The notes: generated by a model not told the origin, from the sequence alone. A stretch of 64,000 nucleotides of DNA from the human T2T-CHM13v2.0 reference genome, Homo sapiens (GCF_009914755.1 NC_060929.1); one strand, 5' to 3'. Counted from the stretch's first letter, positions 44,265-59,789 are shown. Program-made: numbers and translations.

Positions 44265-44983
44265 ATCTCTTTCTATTTTTTAAAGTACCTTTCATTTACT
44301 GGTTCAGGTAGTTTTGATCCATAAAGACAAAAATCCACATTACTAACAGAATTTAGAGATCTTTAGTTGACAAAATAAAATAACTTTTTCGTCACCTAAC
44401 TACAGCATGATGTTGATGCCTCTCAGATCCTTCAAATTAATAACTCAGACTCAAAAGGTATTGCTACCACTTGGGCTTTGTTTGAATTCTAAGTAAAAAT
44501 AATTTATTTCCCAGAATACAGCTTTAGTTGAGCATGGCAAAATCACACTGGGCCAATGGATTCTCGCCTCATTTCCATAATTATCATAAATACACACAAA
44601 AGCATAAATAAAGAATAAGGAATTAACTTCACAAATATACTTGGAACAAGACATAAAGCTGCAGAGTGTCACCACATTTAACTCTCTGCTGTAATAAGTG
44701 CCACAGACAAATAGAGTTAAATGGGTTAATTAGTCACCAGTGGCCATTTTAATTGCAGTATTGAAAATCAGGCACAAATGCTAGAAGAATTCTCATTACA
44801 GGGTTACCTGGGCTTTCATGGGAGGGTTCGCTTGGGAGAGCGGCATCTCTAAAACATTGTGGAACTGATTACATCTCTTCCTCCCCTTTACCTTTCATAA
44901 TTAGCTGTACACTATTAAGTTAATGCACATTTATCTACAACAATTCAATTCAGACTGCAAGAGAGAATCTTTCTAGTCTATAA

Positions 44984-45449
<466 letters not shown>

Positions 45450-46554
45450 TGAGACAGTACTGTTGGGAAGGGCATGCTTCTGCAGGAGGGGACCTGATGG
45501 ATTCTCCCCACGTGGAGCTAACGGCTAATCCTCAGTGATGGCTGATGGCTGGTGATGGGTGATTTGGCAATTGGGCTACGTGGTGATGGGGTTTGACCTC
45601 ATCAGTCTGTAAATGTCTCATCTGAGAGGCTTGAAAAACATTTCTACAGTTTATTTTGGATCTGCCTCTCCAGGGGAAAGCCATTTGAGTGCCTGCAATC
45701 CAGCCACCACTAGATGTCACCAGTCATTAACTGGGACACAGATAAATGAGCCCTTTAAGATATTTTTATTAACTTGAAAGACCTAAGCAACTGGTTGTCT
45801 TTTCTGCAACTCCCTTGTGTGGGGGCCTGTTAACAACGAGGGAACCAATCTATTTGCCCAGCCCTGAAATGGCAAATGCCCACCGTGTGATTTAAAAGGA
45901 CTGCACACACTTTGCAAATGTTAGAAACCTGTCCTGATAATAACCAGAATTGTCTGATATAAAGGAAAATCTTCAGTTCTAGTAGCTCATTATATTTTGC
46001 ACAAACATCTGGCTATTCAAATAAAGTTCGCAAAAAAGATTTTGCCAGTGGCATTAATGTTCTTACTAGATCCCTTAGAGAGAAGAATGAGAGGCATTTT
46101 GCCTCCTCTGAATTTCCTGATGTTGAACGTGAAGTCATAGTATGATGCACAAGAAGATGGGCTTTGAAAAAGAGTAGGAAATCATCGCTGTCATCCAGAA
46201 AAACTTTAATGAGAAAACTAGAAAGGAGGCAGATGGAACAAACCAATGATTGTTGCGAAGTCCCAAAAAACTGTTTCAAATCCAAAAGTGGCAATGGTAG
46301 AAGGTGTGATTCTACCAATGGTTGAAGAGACCTTGAAAGAAGTAGGGGTTTTTAGAGATGCTAGACACCAGCATCATTTCTGGAAAATCCAGGTAGGTGC
46401 CATGAGGCACGGAACATGTGTCAAACATTTCCTTTTCCACATGGATATTTAAAAATGTAAACATTTTTAAAAACCTATTTTGAGTGAGTTTAAATAGTAA
46501 TTTCAGTAAGGTATCTTCTCAGTCACCAAAGATTCGATTTAAAAATAATGCAAC

Positions 46555-46885
46555 AGCCCAGGCACGGTAGCTCATGCCTGCAATCCCAGCACTTTGGGAG
46601 GCTGAGGTGGGCAGATCACTTGAGGCCAAGAGTTCAAGATCAGCCTAGACAACATGGTGAAACCTCATCTCTACTAAAAAGTACAAAAAATTAGCTGGGC
46701 GTGGTGGCATGCACCTGCAGTCTCAGCTACTCAGTGTTGGGGGCTGAGGCACGAGAATTGCTTGAACTTGACCTGAGAGGTGGAGGTTGCAGTGAGCCAA
46801 GATCATGCCACTGCACTCCAGCCTGGGTAGCCTGGGTGATGGAGTAAGACTCTGATACACACAAAAGAAAAAATAACATAAAAAT
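46555..46885 (+). mobile_element. AluS/J with small internal duplication (gcctgggta gcctgggtg)
   Basis: Dimeric Alu with a degenerate A tail. Confidence 0.92.
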
Positions 46886-47294
46886 AACATAGCAAATATA
46901 TATATAAAGTACTATCACACTATAATGGTGTAATGGATTAAAAAATGATGTAATGAAGACTCATTTATGCCATCACAATCTGCATTTTTTTACCACAACA
47001 CTAACCATTTAGAGCTCATGTGCCTGCAGACAGTTACTTAAATTTGTACTTATGTCTTCAAAATTACGGGTAATTTTTTTTCTTTTAAAACAAGATGTTC
47101 ATTGCAGGGAGCAATGTGCACACTGACCCTTTTAAACTCTGCCACTGTTGCAAAGGTTTTCAGTAGGATTCTCATAGCGGTCTGAAGAGATAGGGAATGT
47201 TAGTTAACAAAACTGAACTGTCCTCATTTCAACCATGCATAAATGCTCACTCTGTTCCTTTTACCGAAACTTTTCCTTTAGAAATACAACAACA

Positions 47295-47530
47295 CAGCTA
47301 AGAGCATGGCCTCTGGAGGCTACCTGCCTTGGCTTGAGTCCAGCTTCTCTGCTTACTGACTGTGAGACTGTGGGCAAGCTACATTAGCTCCCCGGGATTT
47401 AGTTTGCTCAGCTGTAAAATGGAAAAATAACAGCAGCCAGCTTATAGAAGTGAAGAGGAATGAATGGGGGAAAGCGAGGCAGTGCGCTTTGAACAGCGCT
47501 TACCCCAAGCTAGTGATACTGAATCACTCA
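47295..47530 (+). mobile_element. MIR
   Basis: taagagcatggcctctggag..cttactgactgtgagactgtgggcaag..agtttgctcagctgtaaaatgg. Confidence 0.75.
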
Positions 47531-50500
47531 TCTTTATTTGCTCCTTAGCCTTCAAAAATGTAAGAAAACAGCTTTATAACACTTTGGGGCCCTTGATCTG
47601 CAAAACTTCTCTTTGAAATCTATTCTCGTTTATTATAATAGAAATGCTAGAAAATAGTTTCCTCTGATTTATTGATCTTACCAAAATAGATACAGTCTTT
47701 AAAAACAGCACACTGTCTCTTCACTTCAGAAGGATCTAGATTTCAGGCTACATTTGCATTGTATTCATACCTAATATTCAACTGGACCACAGCACGTATT
47801 TAACTCATTGTACTGTAATGGGGTTGAATGAACTGACATAGATTGCTATGTTTAATATAAAGAAATCAGTGCTTCTGGCTCCACAAAGACCACATGAATA
47901 GGAAGTTCACAATAGATGGTTGGCATAAATGTCAATATTCACAAAAAAGGTGCCTCTCTTTGAAACTGCTGCCAGAGTTCCTCTCCAGACTTGTACTTTG
48001 GACCCCTGCAGAATGATTTTTACAGGAGTAAAATCCCTCCCCCCTCAGAATATGCAGGACATCATCTGTATTTACTTCAATATAACATAAACCAAAAGGC
48101 AGACCTGGTCAGAAAGTTAGATGCTTCTCTAGAAAAATTATGCTAGTGATTGAAAACGAAAAAAACACGGAGCCTTGAATTGCAGGATTATGTCAACCCT
48201 GGAAATATTAATCACATGACAATTATTTTTCAAAAATTTACACATGTATAAAACAACATTCACAAACATTGTATTTCACCAATTCTTAACTTCAAATGGG
48301 AAACAAAACTTTGTGGCAAACTTCAGTTAAATTTGTGTCTAAATCCTCAATGTTGAGTCCACTTCCCATGAATACTGAAATTTACTAGAATTAGTTCCTT
48401 GTAGAAGAACTTCCCCAAAGTGGGGCTGTTTTTATTTTTATTTCACTCACAAAATGTGTGAGCATGTTAGGATTTTTCCCTTTACATTATTTCTTAAGTT
48501 CTAACACGTAACACACACACACATATATAATATATGTATAGTTATATAGTTATATAGTTTATATAACCAGAGACAGACACATTAAGCAATGCATTTATAT
48601 GTAATTAATATACATTGGCTAATAAGTATTGGTGAAATACCACACATAACAACTATGTAACTTGTCAGGAACATGATTGTGTTTCTATAAGCCTATTAGG
48701 ATACATTCAAAGGAAAACAATGTGGTAAAAAAAAAAAAAAAATCCATTCACTGTAATATTTAGCCTGTGGGAATTTTCATGCTTTTGCAGTGTCAGATTT
48801 CTGTCTGAATTAATTTTTATTCAACAGGGAGACAATAGATTATGAAATGCTCATAAAAAATACAGGATCCCTGCTTCAACACATGGTACCATGAGAAGCA
48901 GCATTAGAAAGGATCAAGCTCTTTTCTCCCTAAATCAGTGTTCAGCATTATACTTCTAGGCTATGTCTCTTAATACTTCCTTTGGTTGGCATTATTGGAT
49001 TACTGCAACCCAATCTTTAGCCTTATTATTGCAAGAAAGCTTAAAATAGCAGATAAAAAACCTTCAATAACCAGCAGATAGAAAAAGCTAACCAAATAAT
49101 AGTTAGTTCATGTGAATGCCACGTGGAACCAAACATGAAAGTATTTATTGAAATTAGATTGTATGAAGAAACATACTAATTAGCATCCTTTAGCATTTGG
49201 CAATAAAATACAAACTAGGAAAATAAAAGGAACATGTTAATCATTAATGTCACTATGACTTTAGTTCTATTTTAAAAAATGTTTAAATAATGAGCCACAA
49301 TATAAAATAATTACATGTCAAGTCAATTCACATACACCCAACACACACCTATGTATATGCATAATTAAGTGAAGAACAAGTTATCCTCGCAAAGGTAGAT
49401 GCATTTGAATAGGTCCTATTCTTTTCTAGTCTGTTCTGTTCTATTCCATTACATTATTATTCTACAAACACTGTTCATGACCAATAAACGTATTTTACCA
49501 CCCACTAATGGATCACAACCTGTAGTTAAAAAATGACTATCAAACATATGTGCATTTATAAATTAATGTATGAGAACTAGATAATCATGCATACTCATAT
49601 CACATAAAGTATTGCATATACAATATTAACAGTTTGGCAATTTGGGTAACACTTAGCTTTAAAAGCTAAAACTAAACCAAGGGAAAAAAGAGCTTTCTTT
49701 CATGATTTTAATTTTATTTAAATTCCTGGTTTATTGGGTATTTCCTTTCTTCCCTTCCTCCAAATATATGGTCCGCTTTTCAAAGATGTGTGCATGTGAT
49801 GAGGATGATAGCAATGTTGAGAATATCGCCCCCTGCCACCTGGACAGTAATCTCAATTGTCAGAATGGGTCCCACTGCCATTATGACATACTTCATATTC
49901 AGATAAAGAGGGAATGATGGGCTTAGATGATACGCTGCAAAGGATTATGTTGTACCTTTAAATATCTCATATCATCTGCAAATTTGGCTCCAATTACCAA
50001 GTGGGTCCTCACCAAGGACTGGCTGAATGAGAAATGAGTGGGAGGTTGAAATGGGGATGTCTGGGAGCGGGTGTGGGGGAAGGTTTCATTCTAAGATATG
50101 CTTCATCTCACTTAACATAAGGAGAAAACAACTTTTACTGGGTAGGATACAAATTGTGCATCTTAAGCTACAATTCCCAAACTGTTTTGGGAATTGTACA
50201 AATGAAAATATAAATGAAGTATAATATAAATATAGATAAGCTGTTTTGGGAATAATACAAATAAAAATATAAAAATGTTTTATAAAATGTTATAAAAATA
50301 TTTCCTTTTACAAGTATAATTTCCATGTTTCTAAAAAAATACAGTCCATTATTTCTTAAAATACCAATTCCTGACAAATAAACAGAGAGTTTAGATAATT
50401 TTTACACCAAAATTTGTGGATTAATTCAGAAAACAATTATAGCAACGTGAGATTATTTTTGTGATAGAATTCTGTCCTTTCTTCATCTGATCGCTCACCA

Positions 50501-51112
50501 TCTACTGTGAAACACACCACTCTATAGCCACTCAGATTATTTTATATCCATCAATTATGATATATTCATTAGTCTTAAACAGCTAGAGGCATTTGACAAC
50601 ATTCTTCCTGTGTCAGAGTCTAGGAAATTTTTTTTGAATATATTATTTTAGGAAAGATAAATGTTTCTAAATCAGTGTTTGACATGTATTTTGAATCAAG
50701 ACCCACAATAAAAACCTTAGATCCACCCATGCCACACTCACAAGTCTGACTCTTTCCTAAAATGCCAAACAAAACCCAATTTTTCCTTACTATGGTTATT
50801 ATAATTTATTCCATCCTATTCAATCCCCTAAATACTGGTGAAAACGCTCTGAACTGATTTTACAACTCCATCGTAGGTGGTCCCCAGGTGGAAAACAAAA
50901 TTGTGCTAATCCAATCAGGTCATGGACTCCTGAACTGCAGTACAACTATGCCATAAAAATATCATCATCAAATTCTCATTTGCACTACTTAGACTCAAGG
51001 GGCAAAGGGCGACTTTACTAAAATATATTAGGGCAAAGTATCTACTTTTATAATTCAGAGAAAGACATTAGAATTTTATCCACGAGTATATAAAATTAAT
51101 GATATATTAGAG

Positions 51113-51480
51113 TAGGGGTCAAAATCTGGCCCATGGGACAAATCTGGACCACCTCCTTTTATTGTACAACCTGTAAGCTAAAAGGTTTCTACAGTTGCAC
51201 ATTTATAATCTGTCTGATGACAGGGAACACTAACTTTGAAGACCAGCTAGGCATTCTCACAAAAAATAATCCCATTCTTACTGGCAGACCTGTATTACAA
51301 AACATTATTAATATTGATATTATGAATTGTTTTTGAATTTCATTAATAATAGTTTTGTGAAAATGTGTTTTCTCTCCTGTTATATAATTATCTACATATA
51401 ATATTTTCAATTTTGCCTCTTGGCCCACGAAGCCTAGAATATTTGCCATCTGGCCCTTCACAGAACATTTGCTGACCCAA
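51113..51480. mobile_element. MER58-family hAT-Charlie element
   Basis: taggggtcaaaatctggcccatgggacaaatctgg ... ttttgcctcttggcccacgaagcctagaatatttgccatctggcccttcacagaacatttgctgaccc. Confidence 0.8.
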
Positions 51481-53371
51481 GTATTTGAGCTGCATGAAAA
51501 ATAATTGTTATAATTATTATTATATGTACCTGTCAAATCAGAGAGTGATCTGGTTCTCAACCTCAACACACCCTGAGTCTCAAGTGGACACATGGGGAAT
51601 ACGCACATCAGGTGTGTAACTGGCTAAGTGTATGAGTCACGCTGCCTTCAGTGAGCCAGATGCAAAACCGTCCCCTTGGTTATAGGGAGAAGTGTCTCGC
51701 TGAAGAGCAGTCCCTCTCTTCAGTCAAGGAAACTCAGATGCCTTCATTAAAAATAACTTTGCATTTATTTTATTAAGTGCCATAAGCTTGAAGGAAAATT
51801 GGGCTTTTCGGTCACTGAAATTTCTTTTCACTTAATTCCTTCCATATCATGGGACCGTGTGCAGCTCTGCAGCGGGAGACATTGTACTTAATAAGCATTG
51901 CAGGGAGATGAGCTGTTCCCGTCTCCTTGCAACAGCAACTGCATTTTGCATAACTGACACTTATCGCCCAGATAAATGGTATTATTGGGCAACCTCATGT
52001 TTATTGCACTTGGGAAATTCACATTTGTTTCTAGGTTGACATGAAGCAGCGTAGGTTAGCTCCCTCTGTGTATATTTTCCACTAGAAGAAAAAAGTTGTG
52101 CGCCATCCTGATACACAGTAAGTTTTCCTAAAAAGATGTTTTGCTCTTTGAGATATTAAGATTTTAAAGTTTAGCACTGGAAAAACACAATTTGAATGAA
52201 TATATAGATTTCCTGGGGCGGCCAGGGAGGGGACGGGTATTTATGCCTTCGCTTTTCATTTTTCCCATGTTTTATTTCGACTGCTCCTGCTTCATGCTCT
52301 CCTTGTCTCCTGCTCTCATAAAGACTTCTCTTAAGAACACGCTGAACTGAAAACCTTAAACAACAGTCCACGCCGCCAACATTCATCACTTGTTCTCATT
52401 CTAACTAGGGGCTGAGCCAAGGTACTTTCTATTGGCGTAATCCCTGACAGTTGTACTCATCCTAGAAGTAATATTTTACAACTTTATGAAAATCTTACTT
52501 TTCATGACATGTGTTCATCAAAGCCTCATTTCTTAAAGACTTTGGGCTTAAGAATGCATAGAGGTTTCTATGACTGCTTTGGGTGCTGATGAAATATCTT
52601 TGGCCATATGCCTATTTCAGCAATAACTAATAACTTTTTCATATGAAAGGACCATCTTATTAAATCCTCATTTCACATGAACACAGAATGGTAAACAACC
52701 TGTCTCAGCAAAAATGTGAGACAAGCCCAAGATAGAAAAAAAATGTTCAATATCACATTGAAAACACATTTGGGAGAGTAATTAGAAAATAAAACAAATA
52801 AAACAATTTTCACAGAAAGTTGATTTTGCTTTCGTTTTTTTTTTTTTTAAAAAGGCAACACCAAAACACAAAACACTTAAAAATTTTCCTGGAGCAAGAT
52901 TTAATCTATTGGAAATAGATTATAAAACAATCAAGTCTAACAATTAATTATCTTCTCCGTGCATAAGATATTATAGTTTATTTTTGCTTGCTAACCGCTA
53001 ATGAAAACAATGTTTTTAATCTAAGCAAAGGTTTATTGTTGTTATTGTTGTTGTTGGAACAAAGAACTGTTTTCCAAGGAAAAAGAGTGAGGCAGGTCTA
53101 GAACTACCGATCTACAAGAAAGTTCTAAAAATATATTAAATATTTCTTTGTCATTAATGAACATTCTAAAAATCTTTCTGTTGCAAGAAAAACAGTAAAT
53201 CTGGGACTTAACTGGTACTTGGTCTTCCTAGGGTGTTTCACCAATGTTACTAACATAATTACGGGTATAGAGTTGGTAGGAAGCTGGAGGAGATGATTCA
53301 AATTCTCTCCATAGATAAACTTATGCAGGTTAATGCGTGGGTGGGAACAAGTGTCCTCAATAGGCCTTGCA

Positions 53372-53572
53372 AAGTGCCAGGCACCATTACAAGCGATTTA
53401 TGTATAAATCACTTTATTTAATTCTCACACAATGCTATGGGGTAGCGGCTACTAATGCCAGCACTTTACAGATGGGGAAACTGAGTCACAAAGACACAAG
53501 TAAGTGGTCCAAGGTCACATAGCTAACAAGCAGCAGAGGCAGGATTCAAACCCAGAGCATCTGGTGCCTCCT
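53372..53572 (-). mobile_element. MIR
   Basis: gtgccaggcac..tttacagatggggaaactgagtcaca..ccaaggtcacatagcta..ggcaggattcaaacccag. Confidence 0.88.
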
Positions 53573-53679
53573 AATCCCTGCTCAGAATCAACAACTGGTA
53601 AGCAGTGATGTCATGACTGGAAGCCAGCTCTCCCAGCTTTTGCTCCAACTGTCCTGATAGCAGCCAGTGAGGTGAGCAC

Positions 53680-53840
53680 TGAGAGAGAAGGATGGAACAG
53701 AAGACATCTGGGTTCAAATTCTGCCCCGTGGATTCCCAGCTGGCCCACTGATGTACACATCTGCTTCTTAGTCTCTTCCACAATAAGAGGGGTAAGATCC
53801 TATCCACCACTCTGAGTTGCTCTGTTAATGAATGAGGTCC
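53680..53840 (+). mobile_element. MIR fragment
   Basis: agaagacatctgggttcaaattctgcc..cttagtctctt. Confidence 0.5.
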
Positions 53841-54374
53841 CCATTGCAAGAGCAATTTTAATTAAGGAGATGCTTAGTAAACATCACTTCTCTCTCTTAC
53901 ACTACACATATTCTCTCCCTTAAACCTTTCTCAGTTCCCTGCTTATTTATAAACTCCTACAGCCTTATATTCAAGGGAAGCAAGACTTTGAAACAGCTAG
54001 AATTAAAGTTTGACATGACTTCAAATTAATCAGGATTCTATTTTGTGCCAATCCATGGGGGAAGGTACTGAGTAGAATGTGTTTCTTCAAAAGACATTTT
54101 ACTAATTGTGTTTTCTAGATGATTTAATGCCAGCCAGAGAAACATACAATTTGTAGATTGCTGAATACCTGATTTTAATTCCCAAGTCATTCAATACTTG
54201 CACATGATCTAAAAAATACAATTAAAACATGGTCTTAGTTGTTTCTTAGAAATTCAAAACAACCTTATTTCTTTATATAATTAAGTGATGTGACTTTTCC
54301 AGAACACAAATAATGATGTATTGATTTAAAACAAATAAATCATACATCTCAAATTACAAAACTATAGTTTTTGT

Positions 54375-54836
54375 AGACCTCAGTGAGGACGTGACATTCG
54401 AGAAAATGTCTCCCTGGCTTCTGACATGAGAGGAGACAGGAGCAGGGGATGTGGCTTGAAGATGGTGGCCACTTAGTAAGCTCAGGATATACATATGTGT
54501 GCATCATTGCAATACAGATGATAATCAAAGCCTTGAGTCTGGATGAAGGAGGGAAATAGATGAAGATGGGCAGAGAACAGATGTGAGCACTGTGTCTGGG
54601 GCATCCCCAAATCAGCCACTCCTCCTTGAAGCACTCTCTTCTGAAAACCCAACTCTCCTGGTTTCCTCCTACTTCCCAGGCCCCTTCTTGATCTCTTTCC
54701 ACAATTCTCCCTCATTGCTTGATTTCTAAGTGATGGCAGCCCTGGGGCTCATCCTGGTCCTCTTCTCTTCTTTACCTTCACTCACTCCCATGGTATTCCC
54801 ATCCAGTCTCACGACTTTAACTAGACTAGGGTATAG
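54375..54836. repeat. Copy 1 of a ~462-bp dispersed direct duplication
   Basis: About 95% identical to 56808-57270 by manual alignment. Confidence 0.95.
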
Positions 54837-54838
54837 TG

Positions 54839-55311
54839 CATAGTGGGTTGCAAAGTGGCCCCCAAAAAGATACATCCAAGTGCTAATACCCAGTATCTGT
54901 TAATGTGACCTTATTTGAAAGCAGTGCGTTTGCAAATGTAATTGAGTTTAAGGATCTCAAGAGGAAATCATCCTGGATTCAGGGTGGGCACAAAATCCAA
55001 TGACTGGTGTCCTTATAAGAAGAGAAAGGAGAAAGAGATTCGTGACATGAGCACACACAGAGAGGAAGGCCACGTGAAGATGGAGGTGGAGATTGGAGTG
55101 GTGAGGCCACAAACCAAGGAAAGCCAGGGGCCACTGGAAACTAAAAGAACCCAGAAAGGATTATCCCCTAGAGCTTTCCAAGGGCGTGGGCCTGCTGATT
55201 TCTCGATTTTAGACCTCTGGCCTCCAGAACTGTGAAAGAATACATTTCTGTTGTTTTAAACCACATATTTAGTAGTAATTGGTCACAGCAAAGCCCAAGG
55301 AAACTAATCCA
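54839..55311 (+). mobile_element. MLT1C-like solo LTR
   Basis: tagtgggttgcaaagtggcccccaaaaagata..gtgaccttatttg..atccaatgactggtgtccttataagaaga..ggcctccagaactgtga..ggaaactaatcca. Confidence 0.88.
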
Positions 55312-55720
55312 CTATATTTTTGAAGAGAAAAAGAAACGCATCTAATGAAAATTCTCCCTTACTATGTAGAACAGCTTGAAAATCATTCCCCCTTGCCTTT
55401 TTTTTTCTTTCCTAGAGCAGTGAGAGAAAATATTTTTAAAATAATCTTCACAGAATAGAGGATACAACTCAATAGAAGTTTTGGTTCTTAAATATTATCT
55501 AAGAAAATGTAAGCTTTTGAAACTCTCCCTTTTACTGAGAACAACAGAAATTACAGATTTTTCAAATTTTATAATTCACATCATCAATGAAGATGGAATA
55601 ATTCTTTAGAAAAAACATTTTGAACTCACTTGTTAATTAAAAAAATAAAATAACTGCAGAACAGCTTAAGTCCCAGAAAGAAACTTCAATGGCCAGTCTT
55701 TAAGAGCTGCTTTTGAATAG

Positions 55721-56107
<387 letters not shown>

Positions 56108-56587
56108 TGACTTGGGAAACAACAATACCCAAGTGCACTTCCCTTTCCAGACACCCAACCACCCCATAGCTCCGGTCTCTCTCTCAGAAAGCCAGCATAT
56201 CTACAACATTGCTGCAAAGCCTCTTGTCTCCACTTTTCTGTACCGCACAGTAGTTACTTCTTTTCTTAGGGACTTTATCTTGGCTCCAACACCTCTGTCC
56301 TGCTCCAACACATTCTCTAAAAATCCCAATATCCCTCCAACTAGGATGTTCTTCTTAATTTCTTATAAACTCTGTTCTCCTCGTCCCTCCCCACCAGCTA
56401 TCTCCATCAAGGGTCTCAAGGGACGCGCCAATCCAATGCTTCTCTACAGTCGCCATTCTACTCAACCTCTACCCACTACAGATAAGCTTTCCCTCTTGCA
56501 TGTCTGGCCTTGCCCTTGAACTATGTTTATCTCTCTCCTGCCTCTGCTTCCTCACTGGGCTTCTTTTACAGGTCCTATTTCCTTGTC

Positions 56588-57860
56588 TTTCATTTATTTA
56601 TTCAACAAATATTCATGGAGCACCTCTTATGTGCCAGACACTGGAAAGCATGAAGAACAATTTTGTCCTCCACAGTGCTTGCATGCCACGGAGGAGGAAA
56701 ACAGGAGGGAAGACATCAAAGCATGTTGGGCAGCTCCAGGTGCTAGAGGGGACAAGCACAAAAATGACATAGGAAAAGGGGGAGTGGGAAAAGCTAGTGG
56801 CCAGGAAAGACCTCAGTGAGGATGTGACATTTGAGAAAATGTCTCCCTGGCTTCTGACATGAGAGGAGACAGGGGGAGGGGATGTGGCTTGAAGATGGTG
56901 GCCACTTAGTAAGCTCAGGATACACATATGTGTGCATCATTGCAATACAGATGATAATCAAAGCCTTGAGTCTGGATGAAGGAGGGAAATAGATGAAGAT
57001 GGGCAGAGAACAGATGTGAGCACTGTGTCTGGGGCATCCCCAAATCAGCCACTCCTCCTTGAAGCACTCTCTTCTGGGACCCACCTCTCCTGGTTTCCTC
57101 CTACTTCCCAGGCCCCTTCTTTGTCTCTTTCCACAATTCTCCCTCGTTGCTTGACTTCTAAGTGATGGCAGCCCTGGGGCTCATCCTGGTCGTCTTCTCT
57201 TCTTTACCTTCACTAACTCCCCCACGGTGTTCCCATCCAGTCTCACGACTTTAAGTAGACTAGCGTATAGACTGGGGTAATAATATAATTTGCTGTCAAA
57301 ACCTGATGCTTCTGGGACTGAAATGGGGTGATGTAAATATTTACACTGAGGAAAAAGGCATCCATGGGACTGTCTTGGGCAGATGAGAATACATGATTGC
57401 TCGGTTCTATAGACAAATACCTGTTGATTTTATAACACCAATCCAGAACCGTCCCTGTCTTCCAGACTGTGATGTCCATTCAAATACTTAAGAGACATTT
57501 GAAACCAAATATGACCAAAATTATGACACCCCCTCCAAAACTGTCCCTCTCACCATTTCCAGCAGCTCAATTAATGGCAACCCATCCCTGCCTAAAGCCT
57601 ATATTCAACCCATCAACACTTTCTGTCATCTTTACCTTGAAAATATGCCTGTAATCTGACTACTTCTCATTCTCATCCCTGCACCCCTCTGGTGCCCCAT
57701 CATCTCTGTTCCATATTACTTCAACAGCCTCCCAATTGGTCTTCCTGCTTCTGATCTTACCCCCTGGAGTATACTTTCAAGAGAGCAGGAATAGCCAATC
57801 CACTTCAAAGCTAAGGAAATTCATGTTACCCCTCTTAAGAGGTTGAATCCCTCTGGTGCC
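56588..57860. mobile_element. L2 remnants in both orientations
   Basis: Minus-strand L2 3' end ttcatttatttattcaacaaatatt..tgtgccagacactgg; plus-strand L2 motifs ctccttgaagcactctctt..ctcctggtttcctcc and aacagcctcccaattggtcttcctgctt. Confidence 0.7.
56808..57270. repeat. Copy 2 (probable source) of the ~462-bp duplication
   Basis: Matches 54375-54836 and is continuous with flanking L2 sequence. Confidence 0.95.
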
Positions 57861-57861
57861 T

Positions 57862-58296
57862 TGCATTAGATTAGACGATTCATCCATTGCTATAAAGAAA
57901 TACCTGAGACTGGGTAATTTATAAGAAAAGAGGTTTAACTGGCTCGTGGTTCTGCAGGCTGTACAGGAAGCATGGTGGCATCTGCTTCTGGGGAGGCCTC
58001 AGGAAGCTTCCAATCATGGTGGAAGGTGAAGTGGGAGCAGACACATCACATGGTGAAAGCAGGAGCAAGAGAGAGAGAGCATGGTATGGGGGTGGGATGC
58101 CACATAGTTTTAAATGTCCAGATCTTGCAAGAACTCACTCACTATTGCGAGCCCAGCACCAAGAGGATGGTGCTAAACCATTCATGAGAAATTTACCCCC
58201 ATGATCCAGTCACCTCCCACCAGGCCCCATCTCTAATACAGGGGATTACAAATTCAACCTGAAATTTGGTTGAGGGCAGATACACAAACTATATCA
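57862..58296 (-). mobile_element. MST (MSTB-like) solo LTR with TSD TGCCT
   Basis: attgctataaagaaatacctgagactgggtaatttataagaaaagagg..gttctgcaggctgtacaggaagcatgg..aaactatatca; tgcct at 57857-57861 and 58297-58301. Confidence 0.92.
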
Positions 58297-58567
58297 TGCC
58301 TGTTCACCTTACTTGCAATAAGAGTCAAAGCCCATACCCCAGCCACACTGAATTTTAAAAGTCTAAGGTCTTAAATTGTGTAATTTGTTTTTGCTTTCCC
58401 CAACCCATCTCTATAAGCAGCATTTATTGTAAAGCTCAGAACATTTAAAATCCAGCAACATTTTAACTCAAATGAACAGAGACACAGGACAGAAAGTGTT
58501 AATACCAACCTACTAAAAGAAGATCAAATATTAATGTGGTGGAATAATAAAGGAATAATAATAATAG

Positions 58568-58945
58568 TGTTTTAGACTGCTCTGCTGCCACACAAAATAC
58601 CAGACTGGGTGGATTTAACAACAGAAATGCATTTTCTCATAGTTCCGGAGGGTGGTTAAGTCCACAGTCAAGGTTCCAGCAGGTTTTGATTTCTGATGAG
58701 GGCTCTCTTCCTGGGTTGCAGGTGGCAACCTTCCTGCTGTGCCCTCACATGATGGAGAGAGATCAAACTCTATTTCCTCCTCTTTTGCAAGGACATTAGT
58801 TCTGCGATATCAGAGCTCCACCTTTGTGACTTCATTTAATCTTAATCGCCTCTTCAAAGGACCTACCTCCAATACACTCATGGAGGGGAGTTAGGGCTTC
58901 GACATATACATTTTTTGGAAGGGAAACACAATTCAGTCCACAGAA
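58568..58945 (-). mobile_element. MLT1A-like LTR
   Basis: ccagactgggtggatttaacaacagaaat..gagggctctcttcctgg..ttagggcttcgacata..acacaattcagtcca. Confidence 0.85.
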
Positions 58946-59789
58946 ACAGAGGGAAGCATTTACAGGCATGTTTCTCTCTTACACACACACTTGGCAATCC
59001 CTGAGCACTTTCAGTTTTGTCCTGTGGGCCTCTTCCTTCCCCTAGTTTTTCCCTGAAAGTTGCATGCTACTCCAGCCCTGAAGACTATTATCCAGCCCTG
59101 TCTCTTCTTCCCACAGACCCCTCCTCAGCTGTGTGTCCTTCAACTCCCTGGATCAAGGAGCAAACAGAGTAAGGAGTGTGGGTGGTGTACGAAATGATGG
59201 CCCTGGGTTGGGAGAAAGCCTCATTTCAGATCAAGGTGGGGAAGAAAAAAGCGAAAGAAAAAAAGATCAGACTTCACCTTCTTTGAATCAGCATGTAACA
59301 TGTTCACCACACATGAAATCCTCCAGACAAATTAACGACCATGTAGCTAGTGTATTGCAAAAAATATTATATCAAACATTTTATGTTTTCGGCCTTTTAA
59401 TGGCAGACGTTTGCTCCTTGGGTAAATGGTTTCTTCACCTTTAGGAAATAATTGCAGAAGCCCAGTAAATCCCAGAGAGGATAAGGTCACTGAGGGAAAG
59501 GAAAGGCTAAGCATGTTTACATTATTGACTAAAATGGCTTGGGGGAGCTACGTTTCTGGAAATGTTCACGAACTCCATCAATTTTTCTAAAATGTTCCTT
59601 TTGGTGACTAAAGCTGTTACCTCACGAGAGGTGTTAGTGCTACTGAAAGCAAACAGTTATAGGAAATAGAATTTCATGAAGCAACAGCAAATAGCCACAG
59701 AATTCCACGAAGCAATGGCCAATGGCAAAAACTTGAAAGAGTATGCAAAATAAAGTCAACATTTGTGGACTGAATCTGTTTTCCTATCA

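Noticed and set aside
46013-46452. Purine-rich stretch with short ORFs and a plus-strand CAG|gtaggt donor, as a possible pseudogene or antisense exon
   Set aside because: I see no recognisable protein similarity, no strong acceptor and no poly(A) or TSD.
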